Source: Clostridia bacterium (GTDB lineage: Bacteria; Bacillota; Clostridia; Oscillospirales; CAG-272). Taken from it: 64,000 nucleotides of DNA. The stretch covers positions 2,843-66,842 of the forward strand of contig JAFQEC010000004.1 of the NCBI GenBank assembly GCA_017415805.1, written 5' to 3'. The translations under genes were made by a program, and so were the position numbers. Shown in pieces: positions 27,906 to 36,151 of the stretch. The notes under the pieces are model-generated. The model had not been told where the DNA came from. It searched no databases and saw only the letters and a program-made list of their open reading frames with translations. Position 1 is the stretch's first letter. The number at the start of each line of letters is the position of its first letter.

Positions 27906-28333
27906 AATTACTTGTGATCAACGGCCCGAATCTCAATCTGCTGGGCATCCGTGAGCCGGGAATCTACGGCGACCGAAGCTTTGGAGCGCTGTGCGACTTC
28001 ATCCAGAAATCGGTGGATGAGGTGGGCGCGGAGTGCGAGCTGTTTCAATCCAATCACGAGGGCGCGATCGTGGATGCCATTCAAGGCGCGCTTGGGCGCT
28101 TTGACGGCATCGTCATCAACCCTGCCGCCTATACGCACACCAGCGTGGCCATTCTCGATGCCCTCTCGGCGGTGCACATCCCCACCGTGGAGGTGCATAT
28201 TTCCAACGTGATGGAGCGCGAGGAGTTCCGCCATCATTCCTTTGTTTCGTCGGTTGCGAAAAAGACCTATATGGGCCTTGGCTTTGAGGGCTACCGCCGC
28301 GCGGTGCGCTATCTTGTGCTGGGGGAGGAATAA
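27902..28333 (+). CDS. aroQ: Type II 3-dehydroquinate dehydratase
   Basis: 143 aa from [23 protein letters not shown]. NHEGA and [10 protein letters not shown] motifs present. ATGA overlap with aroE/aroK. Confidence 0.9.
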   Translation: [143 protein letters not shown]

Positions 28334-28343
28334 AACAAAAAAA

Positions 28344-28375
28344 CGGGAGAGGCATGCCTCTCCCTTATTTTTCAA
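28344..28375. terminator. Bidirectional terminator (aro operon / SLOG gene)
   Basis: GGGAGAGGC-AT-GCCTCTCCC hairpin with A7 upstream and T5 downstream. Confidence 0.85.
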
Positions 28376-28700
28376 TTTTTATAACAGTAATTGGTTTTCC
28401 TTTTTTCTTGGCATAGCGCATGGTGTATTGTGTGCCGCGTGATACGCCGTCCCACAAAACCAAAACTGCATCTGACAGATCCACCATTTGCTCATTCCGC
28501 TTCAGCGGTGCCGCCCTTCCGTACAGATCATAACGAGGCCGCAGAATCAACTTTGACAGTTTATGTTCATCTGCATAACTCTCCGCGAGTGAATCTGCTC
28601 CCTTGGCTCCCCCACTAATGATCAGTTCTGTGTCGGGCGGAATCATACCGCGAAAATCAAATTTTTCTACACTTCGAGATCCCACCACTAAAATTTTCAT
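28365..28700 (-). CDS. SLOG-fold DUF2493/YspA-like protein
   Basis: 111 aa from MKILVVGSRS. IISGGAKGADSLAESYA and VLVLWDGVSRGT fit the DUF2493 pattern. The segment is low in GC. Confidence 0.65.
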   Translation of the reverse strand: MKILVVGSRSVEKFDFRGMIPPDTELIISGGAKGADSLAESYADEHKLSKLILRPRYDLYGRAAPLKRNEQMVDLSDAVLVLWDGVSRGTQYTMRYAKKKGKPITVIKIEK

Positions 28701-28730
28701 ATAAAACCCTTCCCGACATATATTTATATA

Positions 28731-28781
28731 AGTATATACCCAAACAAAGGAATTGTCAACAGAATATATGCTTATTAAAAT
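28731..28781. promoter_or_regulatory. Back-to-back divergent promoters (SLOG gene / XRE gene) with overlapping -35 boxes
   Basis: Plus strand: TTGTCA (28753-28758), 17 nt, TAAAAT. Minus strand: TTGACA (28759-28754), 17 nt, TATACT (28736-28731). Confidence 0.55.
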
Positions 28782-28804
28782 ATATCTTGGAAGGAAGTGA
28801 TGCG

Positions 28805-29005
28805 ATGATTCGACTGACGCTTGATCAATACTTGGACGCACACAAAATTACGCGCTACGAGCTATCGCAGCGTACAGGCATCCGCTATCAAATCGTGGAT
28901 CGTTATTACAAAAACACCGTCATTCGCTATGACAGCGACATATTGGATCGCATGTGCCAAGCTTTGAACTGCGATATATGTGACCTGATCGAATATCGAA
29001 AATGA
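28805..29005 (+). CDS. Small XRE/Cro-like HTH protein
   Basis: 66 aa from MIRLTLDQYL after a GGAAGGAAG RBS. ITRYELSQRTGIRYQIVDRYY is HTH-like, and LNCDICDLIEY is a typical C-terminus for this small-regulator family. Confidence 0.6.
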   Translation: MIRLTLDQYLDAHKITRYELSQRTGIRYQIVDRYYKNTVIRYDSDILDRMCQALNCDICDLIEYRK

Positions 29006-29009
29006 AAAA

Positions 29010-29047
29010 CTCCCGACAGACCTGGAGATCTGTCGGGGGTTTATTTC
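29010..29047. terminator. Terminator between the XRE gene and the DUF3784-like gene
   Basis: CCCGACAGA...TCTGTCGGG hairpin followed by a T-rich run. Confidence 0.7.
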
Positions 29048-29060
29048 TTGTATGAAGTAA

Positions 29061-29396
29061 TCAGAATATCCCCTTGTTATATTTTATCATCGCGTAGAAG
29101 CTGATCGCCATTCCCACAACGATGCCCACGATCAGCTCAACCGTACCGATCGCAACAAGAGCGTCCTGCTGCGTTTGCTCAAAGACAAAGAACAAAGCAC
29201 CGAACGCAATCAAAGCAACACCGATTATCAGCGTACCCAAACCAACGAGCCTGCCAAACGGCCTTCTGTTTTCTTCGGTCACGCGATGCCGATGGTAGCG
29301 ATGCAAGGACGATAGATTGCCCGTCATATTGACAATGCCAAGTATGCAGACCAACAGGCCCAAGCCTGCGGTGGTTATAAACGCTACCATAGACAA
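29061..29396 (-). CDS. Small three-TM membrane protein (DUF3784-like)
   Basis: 111 aa with hydrophobic helices and a central LHRYHRHRV loop. It starts 15 nt after the fakA2 stop. Confidence 0.45.
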   Translation of the reverse strand: MSMVAFITTAGLGLLVCILGIVNMTGNLSSLHRYHRHRVTEENRRPFGRLVGLGTLIIGVALIAFGALFFVFEQTQQDALVAIGTVELIVGIVVGMAISFYAMIKYNKGIF

Positions 29397-29411
29397 TTCC
29401 CTTCTTGTTTG

Positions 29412-31067
29412 TTACTCCAATATAAAGATAAACGGATAAAGCTCCTGTCCGCCGTCGATCTCAAAGATCTCCACGCGCGGATGGTTGGTGCGAAGGAAGG
29501 CGCGTACGGCGTCCATATCCTCGGCAGTGGCTTCCTTGCCGCAAAGAACGATGACGACCTCGTGATCCTCAAAATCAAGCCGCGAGAGCAGTGCCTCGGC
29601 GGTGGCGCGCACCGTGGGGGCATCGGCCAGCATCTGCTTGCCCGCAAAGCCGATGAAATCGTTTTTCACGATCTCCACGCCATTCAGGCTCGTATCGCGC
29701 ACGGCGCGCGTGATCTGTGCGGTCACCACGCCCTGCATCGCATCGCGCATGGTTTGGGCAATGGCATCGGCATCGCCGATCTCCATATCCGCCATGGTGA
29801 GCGCGGCATAGCCCTCGCCCACGGTCTTGCTTTCCAGCACGCGGATATCCGCAAAATCGCACAGCTTCGCCGATTGCTGTGCCGCCAGCACGATGTTGGA
29901 GTTATTGGGCAGCACGAATACCGTATCGGCATTGACCGTGCGGAAGGCGTGCAGAAAATCCTCGGCACTGGGGTTCATGGTCTGCCCGCCGCGAATGACG
30001 AAATCCGCGCCAAGCGACCGGAAGGTCTCGCAAATACCCTCTCCCTGCGCCACCGTCACCACCGCAAAGGGCTTGTGGGGCTGCACGGCATCCTCGCTCT
30101 CCTTTTTTTCGGCCTGCGCCTCGCTGTGCTGGAGCGTCATGTTCTCCACCTTGACGGTGAGGAACTCGCCGAATTGCTGGCAGAACTCAAAGACCTTGCC
30201 CGGTGTGAGGGTGTGCACGTGGATCTTCACCACCGTGCCGCTTTTGACCGCCACGATCGAGTCACCGACGGTGGTCAGAAAATCGGAGATGGTCTCCACG
30301 GGGAAATTCTCGGCATCGACCTTGCTGTTTTGCAGCTGCAAGAGACACTCGGTGCAATAGCCGAAGGTCATCACGCTATCGGCCGTAAAGAGTGAGAGAT
30401 CGGGGGTAGCAGGCCCCTGCACGGCGGGTGCGGGTGCGCTTGCCACGGCCTCGCCGCAAAGGATCTTATACATACCCTCGAGAATATAGACAAGCCCCGC
30501 GCCGCCGCTGTCGATCACGCCCGCCTCCTTCAAAATGGGAAGCAGCTCAGGCGTGTGGGTCAGCGAATCGCGCATGCCCGCGAGAATATCCGAGAAAAAC
30601 GCCTCCAGGGACGTATCGGGGCGCAAACGCGCCACCGCATAGTCGGTTGCCTCGCGCGCCACGGTCAGGATCGTGCCCTCGGTGGGGGTGAGCACGGCAT
30701 TATAGGCACGCCGCACGCCCTCGCCAAACGCGTTTGCCATGGCGGTGGCATCGGCGCGCTCACGGTCCACAAGGCCCGTGGCGAGCCCCGCAAAGAACTG
30801 CGAGAGGATCACGCCCGAGTTGCCGCGCGCACCGAGCAGTGCGCCGTTTGCAAACTTCTCGGCGATGAAGGACAGCGTATCGGATGCAACGCCGCGCAGT
30901 GCGGCGTCACCGCCCTCCATGGTCATGCACATATTGTCGCCCGTGTCGCCGTCGGGGATGGGAAACACGTTCAGGTCGTTGACGGCCTGTGCATTGGCGC
31001 GCAGGTTCTGCGCGCCGCCGCGGATCATATCGGCAAACAGCGAGCCGTCGATCTCATATTTTGCCAT
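29412..31067 (-). CDS. fakA: DAK2-domain fatty acid kinase subunit, FakA/YloV family (copy 2)
   Basis: 551 aa with FPIPDGDTGDNM. It has the same architecture as 17955-19586 but is clearly diverged. Confidence 0.8.
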   Translation of the reverse strand: MAKYEIDGSLFADMIRGGAQNLRANAQAVNDLNVFPIPDGDTGDNMCMTMEGGDAALRGVASDTLSFIAEKFANGALLGARGNSGVILSQFFAGLATGLVDRERADATAMANAFGEGVRRAYNAVLTPTEGTILTVAREATDYAVARLRPDTSLEAFFSDILAGMRDSLTHTPELLPILKEAGVIDSGGAGLVYILEGMYKILCGEAVASAPAPAVQGPATPDLSLFTADSVMTFGYCTECLLQLQNSKVDAENFPVETISDFLTTVGDSIVAVKSGTVVKIHVHTLTPGKVFEFCQQFGEFLTVKVENMTLQHSEAQAEKKESEDAVQPHKPFAVVTVAQGEGICETFRSLGADFVIRGGQTMNPSAEDFLHAFRTVNADTVFVLPNNSNIVLAAQQSAKLCDFADIRVLESKTVGEGYAALTMADMEIGDADAIAQTMRDAMQGVVTAQITRAVRDTSLNGVEIVKNDFIGFAGKQMLADAPTVRATAEALLSRLDFEDHEVVIVLCGKEATAEDMDAVRAFLRTNHPRVEIFEIDGGQELYPFIFILE

Positions 31068-31070
31068 GGC

Positions 31071-31952
31071 TTACACCGCCGTTTCGATCTTCTTGCCGTA
31101 CGCCCAGACACCGATGGCACCGGGGCCGATGCAAGCACCGACAACAGGGCCGATGGTGGTGATATGTACATCGGCAAATCCAAGCGGTGCGAGCGCCTCG
31201 CGCAGATATTCGACATCCTCAGCGCAATCGGCATGCTGAATGTAAAGGGTCTGCGACGCGGGCTCGATCACGGTCTCGCGCATGAGCTCCACGAGCTTAT
31301 CCAGCGACGTGCGGCGTCCCTTGACCTTGCAAACGGGGACGTTTTGTCCGTTGGCGTCCGAGATGATAATGGGCTTGACACCGAGCAAATTTCCGAAGAA
31401 TGCTGCCGAGCCCTTGACACGGCCTGCGCGTCTGAGCATATCCAGCGAACCGACCGTAACGAACTGATTGACGTATGCACGGCGCTCCTGGATCTGTGCC
31501 ACGATCTCCTCGGCGCTCTTACCGGCATCCCGCAGCTGTGCGGCAAGGATGGCGAGCATCCCCTCACCCATGCAGCAATTTTTGGAATCCACGCAATAGA
31601 TCTTGCCCTCGGGATAGGTGGCAGCGAGATCACGCGCCACGACCGCCGCAGTATTGACCGAGCTGGAAAGCGGCAGTGCACAGCCGATGTAGATCACGGT
31701 ATCACCCGCCTGCAACGCCTGTTCAAAGTATGCACGGAATTCACCCGCAGGAACCTGCGTGGTGGTGACGCGCTTGCCCTCGCGCAGCCAGCCGTAAAAC
31801 TCGGCACTGCCAAAGGCCTTCCAGTCGATGTCGGCGGGAATGACCTTGCCCTCGATCACGGTGCACATTTTTACATATTCAATATTGTATTTTTCGCGCA
31901 GCTCGGCGCAAAGATCGGAGTTGGTATCGGTAACGATGCGGATATTAGCCAT
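31071..31952 (-). CDS. fakB: DegV-family fatty-acid-binding protein, FakB (copy 2)
   Basis: 293 aa beginning MANIRIVTDTNSDL. It ends 3 nt before fakA copy 2. Confidence 0.8.
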   Translation of the reverse strand: MANIRIVTDTNSDLCAELREKYNIEYVKMCTVIEGKVIPADIDWKAFGSAEFYGWLREGKRVTTTQVPAGEFRAYFEQALQAGDTVIYIGCALPLSSSVNTAAVVARDLAATYPEGKIYCVDSKNCCMGEGMLAILAAQLRDAGKSAEEIVAQIQERRAYVNQFVTVGSLDMLRRAGRVKGSAAFFGNLLGVKPIIISDANGQNVPVCKVKGRRTSLDKLVELMRETVIEPASQTLYIQHADCAEDVEYLREALAPLGFADVHITTIGPVVGACIGPGAIGVWAYGKKIETAV

Positions 31953-32063
31953 GTATCGGTTCTCCTTTTTTGTTTTTTCATCCTCATTATAATATATTTT
32001 GGTTTTTTTACATCGGGCAATTTTTCGCGCTTTGTGTAAAAATTAGGCAAAAAAAGAAAATTG

Positions 32064-32093
32064 CGCAAAAAAAGATGCCGGAAAGGCATCTTC
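32064..32093 (-). terminator. Terminator-like hairpin upstream of the fakB2 promoter region
   Basis: AAGATGCC-GGAAA-GGCATCTT hairpin with a T7 run on the minus strand. Confidence 0.6.
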
Positions 32094-32149
32094 CATCAAG
32101 CGGGTTTTGCTTACAAAAAGCACGCTTTGCTCGACAAGGTGGAGAGCAA

Positions 32150-32300
32150 TAAGCCTCTCACCTCGGGAGAGGTGGCGGCGTAGCCGTCGGAGAGGGGGAT
32201 GCGATCAGCCCTCTCACCCGCTTTCGCGGGAGCTTTCCCAAAGGGAGAGCCTTTCGTTTGCACGCTCTGACAGCACAGTTGCTTTTCCCGTCAAGCATTG
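32150..32300. repeat. GC-rich structured element related to the tRNA-Ser-linked repeats (short, inverted form)
   Basis: Contains GTGGCGGCGTAGCCGTC. This joins two blocks (GTGGCGGCG and GGCGTAGCCGTC) that lie about 110 nt apart in the reverse complement of the 40.1-kb units. Hairpins CCTCTC/GAGAGG and CCCGC/GCGGG are also present. Confidence 0.35.
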
Positions 32301-32317
32301 CTTTTGCAGGCACAAAA

Positions 32318-32362
32318 GCAAGAGCGCACCTGCTTAATCCAGGTTCGCTCTTGTTGCTTTTT
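32318..32362 (-). terminator. Terminator after the polysaccharide locus
   Basis: Imperfect hairpin (AAGCAAGAGCG...CGCTCTTGTTGCTT) immediately after the epimerase stop. Confidence 0.6.
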
Positions 32363-32366
32363 GAAA

Positions 32367-33551
32367 TCAGAATTTGCGCCAGACCATTTTGTTGACCACG
32401 CCCGTATAGGACTGAATGATCTTGACCACACGGGTGGATACGTTCTCGTCCACATAGTCGGGCACAGGCGTGCCGTGCTCACCCGCGGCGTTTTGTGCCA
32501 CGGCAACATCCACCGCCTGCAAAAGCGAGCGCTCGTCAATGCCCGCAAGCACGAAGCACGCCTTGTCCAGCGCCTCGGGGCGCTCGGTCGAGGTGCGGAT
32601 ACAGACCGCGGGAAACGGGCTGCCCACCGAGGTGTAAAAGCTCGACTCCTCGGGGAGCGTGCCGCTGTCCGAAATGACCGCAAACGCGTTCATTTGCAGG
32701 TTGTTGTAGTCGTGGAAGCCCAAGGGCTCGTGACGGATCACGCGCGCATCGAGCGCAAAGCCACTCTTTTCCAGGCGGTTGCGGCTGCGCGGATGGCAGG
32801 AATACAGAATGGGCATGTCGTACTTCTCTGCGATACGGTTGATCGCGGTAAAGAGCGACTTGAAATTCGCCTCGGTATCAATATTCTCCTCGCGGTGTGC
32901 CGAGAGCAAAATGTATTTTCCCTTCTCCAAGCCCAGACGCGAGAGGATATCCGACGCGCGAATGTCGTCCAGATTGTTGCGCAGGACCTCGGCCATGGGC
33001 GAGCCCGTGACGTAGACGCGCTCCTTGGGCAGTCCGCACTCGTGCAGATACTTGCGCGCGTGCTCGGAATAGGCGAGGTTGACGTCCGAAATGATGTCCA
33101 CGATGCGGCGGTTGGTCTCCTCGGGCAGGCACTCATCCTTGCAGCGGTTGCCCGCCTCCATGTGGAAGATCGGGATGTGCAGCCTCTTTGCCGCGATGGC
33201 CGAGAGACAGCTGTTAGTGTCGCCCAGGATCAGCAGTGCATCGGGCTTGGTGGCGACCATCAGCTTGTACGAGGCGTTGATGATATTGCCCACCGTGGCG
33301 CCCAGATCGTCGCCCACGGCATCCATATACACCTCGGGATCGGCGAGCTTTAAGTCCTTGAAAAACACCCCATTGAGGTTGTAATCGTAGTTCTGCCCCG
33401 TGTGTGCGAGGATGCAGTCAAAATACCGGCGGCACTTGGTGATCACGGCCGCAAGGCGGATAATCTCGGGGCGCGTGCCCACGATGATGAGCAGCTTGAG
33501 CCGCCCGTCGTTTGCAAATTTCACGTCGGAATAGTTGGTTTTGAGTTCCAT
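32367..33551 (-). CDS. wecB: UDP-N-acetylglucosamine 2-epimerase (non-hydrolysing), WecB/Cap5P-like
   Basis: 394 aa with IVGTRPEIIRLA, HTGQNYD and ILGDTNS motifs. Confidence 0.8.
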   Translation of the reverse strand: MELKTNYSDVKFANDGRLKLLIIVGTRPEIIRLAAVITKCRRYFDCILAHTGQNYDYNLNGVFFKDLKLADPEVYMDAVGDDLGATVGNIINASYKLMVATKPDALLILGDTNSCLSAIAAKRLHIPIFHMEAGNRCKDECLPEETNRRIVDIISDVNLAYSEHARKYLHECGLPKERVYVTGSPMAEVLRNNLDDIRASDILSRLGLEKGKYILLSAHREENIDTEANFKSLFTAINRIAEKYDMPILYSCHPRSRNRLEKSGFALDARVIRHEPLGFHDYNNLQMNAFAVISDSGTLPEESSFYTSVGSPFPAVCIRTSTERPEALDKACFVLAGIDERSLLQAVDVAVAQNAAGEHGTPVPDYVDENVSTRVVKIIQSYTGVVNKMVWRKF

Positions 33552-33566
33552 ATCCTTCTCCTACCT

Positions 33567-34523
33567 TCAAATTTCTTTTTGCATCAGGTCATACAGCGCG
33601 TGCATATTCCCTGCCTTGATCAAAGCACGGTGCGCCCGTGCAAATCGCCGCGCGTCACGCATATCCTTTGTATTTTCCTTGCGTAGCATGCGCAACATGC
33701 TCATGCTAAAATTCGTCCATTTCATCCAAAGACGCGAGCCGGGGCCCATATGTAGCTTATGGCTGAAATAAAGGCGATTGACCACATACAAAAACGTGGC
33801 CTTGCGCGATGGAGTGCGGTATTCCGTGCTGACACGGTGCAGGACCTGCACGCGATCGCTGAACACGCAACGCAAGCCGCTTTCCTTCGCTTTTTTATAA
33901 TAGCGATAGCTGAAATCCAGATCCTCACCGTATGCGTAACCCGTGAGATTTTCATCCCAACAGATCCCCCATTTTTCAAGCAACGACTTGCGCACCGCGA
34001 AGAAAAAGCCCATGGCCCATTCGGTATTCACCTCTCCCACGACCGCTTGCTGCGGAAATCTGCCGAGCATAGATCTGGTGACGTGCCCTATTTTACGCTT
34101 GCGAAAGGATTTCGTGCCGAACAAATAGCCGCTGCTTGATTTTGCACCCTCGTTCCCACTCATGCCCGCAACCATGGCAATATTACCGTTCTCCATCAGA
34201 TCGTACACGGAGCGAAGCGTGTCATTCGCGACATCCACATCGTCGTCTGAAAAAATCAAAATATCTTGTGTTGCAAGGTCGATTGCTTTGTTTCGAGATA
34301 ACGTGGTGGATGGCATGTCTTGAAAGACATAGGTGATCTCGGTTTCACTCGTGCTTTGTGCCAATTCGGATATGCGCGCACGCATCTCCTTGTCCGTGGT
34401 TTGATCCACGATCACGATCTGCGCGGGGACGCAATCGGCCTCCAGATATGTACGAAGTGTGCGCTCCAGGGCCAGAGGGCGGTTCATGGTCGGAATTAAA
34501 ACAGAAATCGGCAATGAGGGCAT
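33567..34523 (-). CDS. Family-2 glycosyltransferase
   Basis: 318 aa with the GT-A signatures ISVLIPTMNRP and IFSDDDV. Confidence 0.75.
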   Translation of the reverse strand: MPSLPISVLIPTMNRPLALERTLRTYLEADCVPAQIVIVDQTTDKEMRARISELAQSTSETEITYVFQDMPSTTLSRNKAIDLATQDILIFSDDDVDVANDTLRSVYDLMENGNIAMVAGMSGNEGAKSSSGYLFGTKSFRKRKIGHVTRSMLGRFPQQAVVGEVNTEWAMGFFFAVRKSLLEKWGICWDENLTGYAYGEDLDFSYRYYKKAKESGLRCVFSDRVQVLHRVSTEYRTPSRKATFLYVVNRLYFSHKLHMGPGSRLWMKWTNFSMSMLRMLRKENTKDMRDARRFARAHRALIKAGNMHALYDLMQKEI

Positions 34524-34621
34524 ATGCTTTTCTCCTTACATTTATTTCAAAGGCCCGAAAAAGGCATCGGGACATGCAGGATCAAAGGGCTCAGCAAAGC
34601 TGCCCCGCGCATCGGTATTTT

Positions 34622-36151
34622 TCAGGACAGAGTCTTGTGCTTTTTGATTTTGGATCTTACGATTTCAATACTCCGCTTGCGCTCTGCGCGCGAAAGAGCG
34701 AAGAGCCATAGGGTGACACCGTAAACCGCCACGGTGATCATTCCCTTTACTACGAGCGAAAGCCACCCGCCATCGGGTATCAGACGGTTGATCAAAAGCC
34801 CTGCGGCAACCGTCAACAGGATGGGTGGGGTCATACGCAAATAGCAGCACTTCGCGAACCGTATGATGTTAAGGTGCAGGTGCTTTCGGTATACGATCAA
34901 GGACAGCACCTCACGCAGCATATACGCCACGAAGATCGACAGACAAGCACCGATCACGCCCCAACGGTAGGAAAAAATGAACGAAAGGATGACGTTGGCC
35001 ACACCCGTTGCAAGCGCGATAAAGGCGCGCTCCTTCACTCTTTTTTTCACCACAAGCGCGGTGTTGGCGATCTGCAACGCATTATAGAACAGACCCGGCA
35101 CGATAACGAGCAATATTCCAAAATAGGCCTGTGCAAACGCTTCGCCCATCCAAAGCCGGATAAACAAACGTCCTACCACAGCAAAGCCCGCGACGACAAG
35201 CCCGTTGAGCGCATACTGAAACCGTCCGACCCCAAGCACCAGCGCTGACAGATTCTCCTCGGCGTTCTCACCGACATTGATACGTGCCACGCGCGGCAAA
35301 AACAGGCCGTTGATCGCAGTTGCAACGGTATAGACATACCCCTCGATCGTCGTGATCACACCGAACACACCGATCGCGGCGGCGCTTGCCACAATACCGA
35401 GGATCGAGGGCGTGATCTGAAACACCAACCGCGCCGCCAGAGCATCGATCAGGATCCAGACCGAAAAGGAAAGGATCTTCCGATACAGTGCGCGATCGGT
35501 ATGGCGCAGGCTTGCGCGCACACCAACGGTGCTTTTGAATACGATCCATTTATAAGCGATCAGCACAAGGCCCACAAGGGCGTTGACGGTCACCAACGCA
35601 TACAGACCCTGATCCAGCAAAAGGGCGAGCACCGTCAGCCCCACCTGAAGCACGCGATACAACAGATCGGCGATCTTCATGGGGATATATTTTTCGTGTG
35701 CGTTCAGGATACCGTCCAGTGGAATGAACGGAAATTTGACGACCGTAAACAGGCCCGATATGATATAAACGACCTTGAATTGCGCAAGCTCGGTGGGTGT
35801 CAGCTTGACATAGATCTGATCCAGCAGGAAAAACAGGATCACCAGCACCGCAAAGATCACCATATCGATGATCAGGTACAGCTTATAGATCGCGCCAAGG
35901 AATGCGCCGATCTTTTCAGGGTGCCCCTGTGCACGGTACTTTGCCACGTAACGCTCGGTGGCCTTGCCCAAGCCGAAGTCGACCACAAACAGCGTGATCA
36001 GCGTGTTGGACAGCGTATAGAGGCCGTACTGCGCTTGCCCGATCTGCTCGATCATCCACGGGATATACACCAATCCCGCAAGGATACTGAGCGCAATCGA
36101 AGCGTATGAGAGGATCGCCCCGACGCGCACTTGCTTTTCGTTGCTGATCAT
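34622..36151 (-). CDS. Wzx-type oligosaccharide flippase (MOP/PST family)
   Basis: 509 aa with about 14 predicted TM segments. The N-terminus GAILSYASIALSILAGLVYIPWMIEQIGQAQYG is typical of polysaccharide biosynthesis flippases. Confidence 0.7.
   Translation of the reverse strand: MISNEKQVRVGAILSYASIALSILAGLVYIPWMIEQIGQAQYGLYTLSNTLITLFVVDFGLGKATERYVAKYRAQGHPEKIGAFLGAIYKLYLIIDMVIFAVLVILFFLLDQIYVKLTPTELAQFKVVYIISGLFTVVKFPFIPLDGILNAHEKYIPMKIADLLYRVLQVGLTVLALLLDQGLYALVTVNALVGLVLIAYKWIVFKSTVGVRASLRHTDRALYRKILSFSVWILIDALAARLVFQITPSILGIVASAAAIGVFGVITTIEGYVYTVATAINGLFLPRVARINVGENAEENLSALVLGVGRFQYALNGLVVAGFAVVGRLFIRLWMGEAFAQAYFGILLVIVPGLFYNALQIANTALVVKKRVKERAFIALATGVANVILSFIFSYRWGVIGACLSIFVAYMLREVLSLIVYRKHLHLNIIRFAKCCYLRMTPPILLTVAAGLLINRLIPDGGWLSLVVKGMITVAVYGVTLWLFALSRAERKRSIEIVRSKIKKHKTLS

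Noticed and set aside
30555-32039. A 494-aa plus-strand ORF opposite fakA2 and fakB2.
   Set aside because: It is an antisense shadow ORF, for the same reasons as the others.
32107-32337. A 76-aa ORF in the 32.1-kb GC-rich element.
   Set aside because: It has no RBS, the product is Arg/Ser/Pro-rich, and it coincides with hairpin-forming repeat sequence between two terminators.
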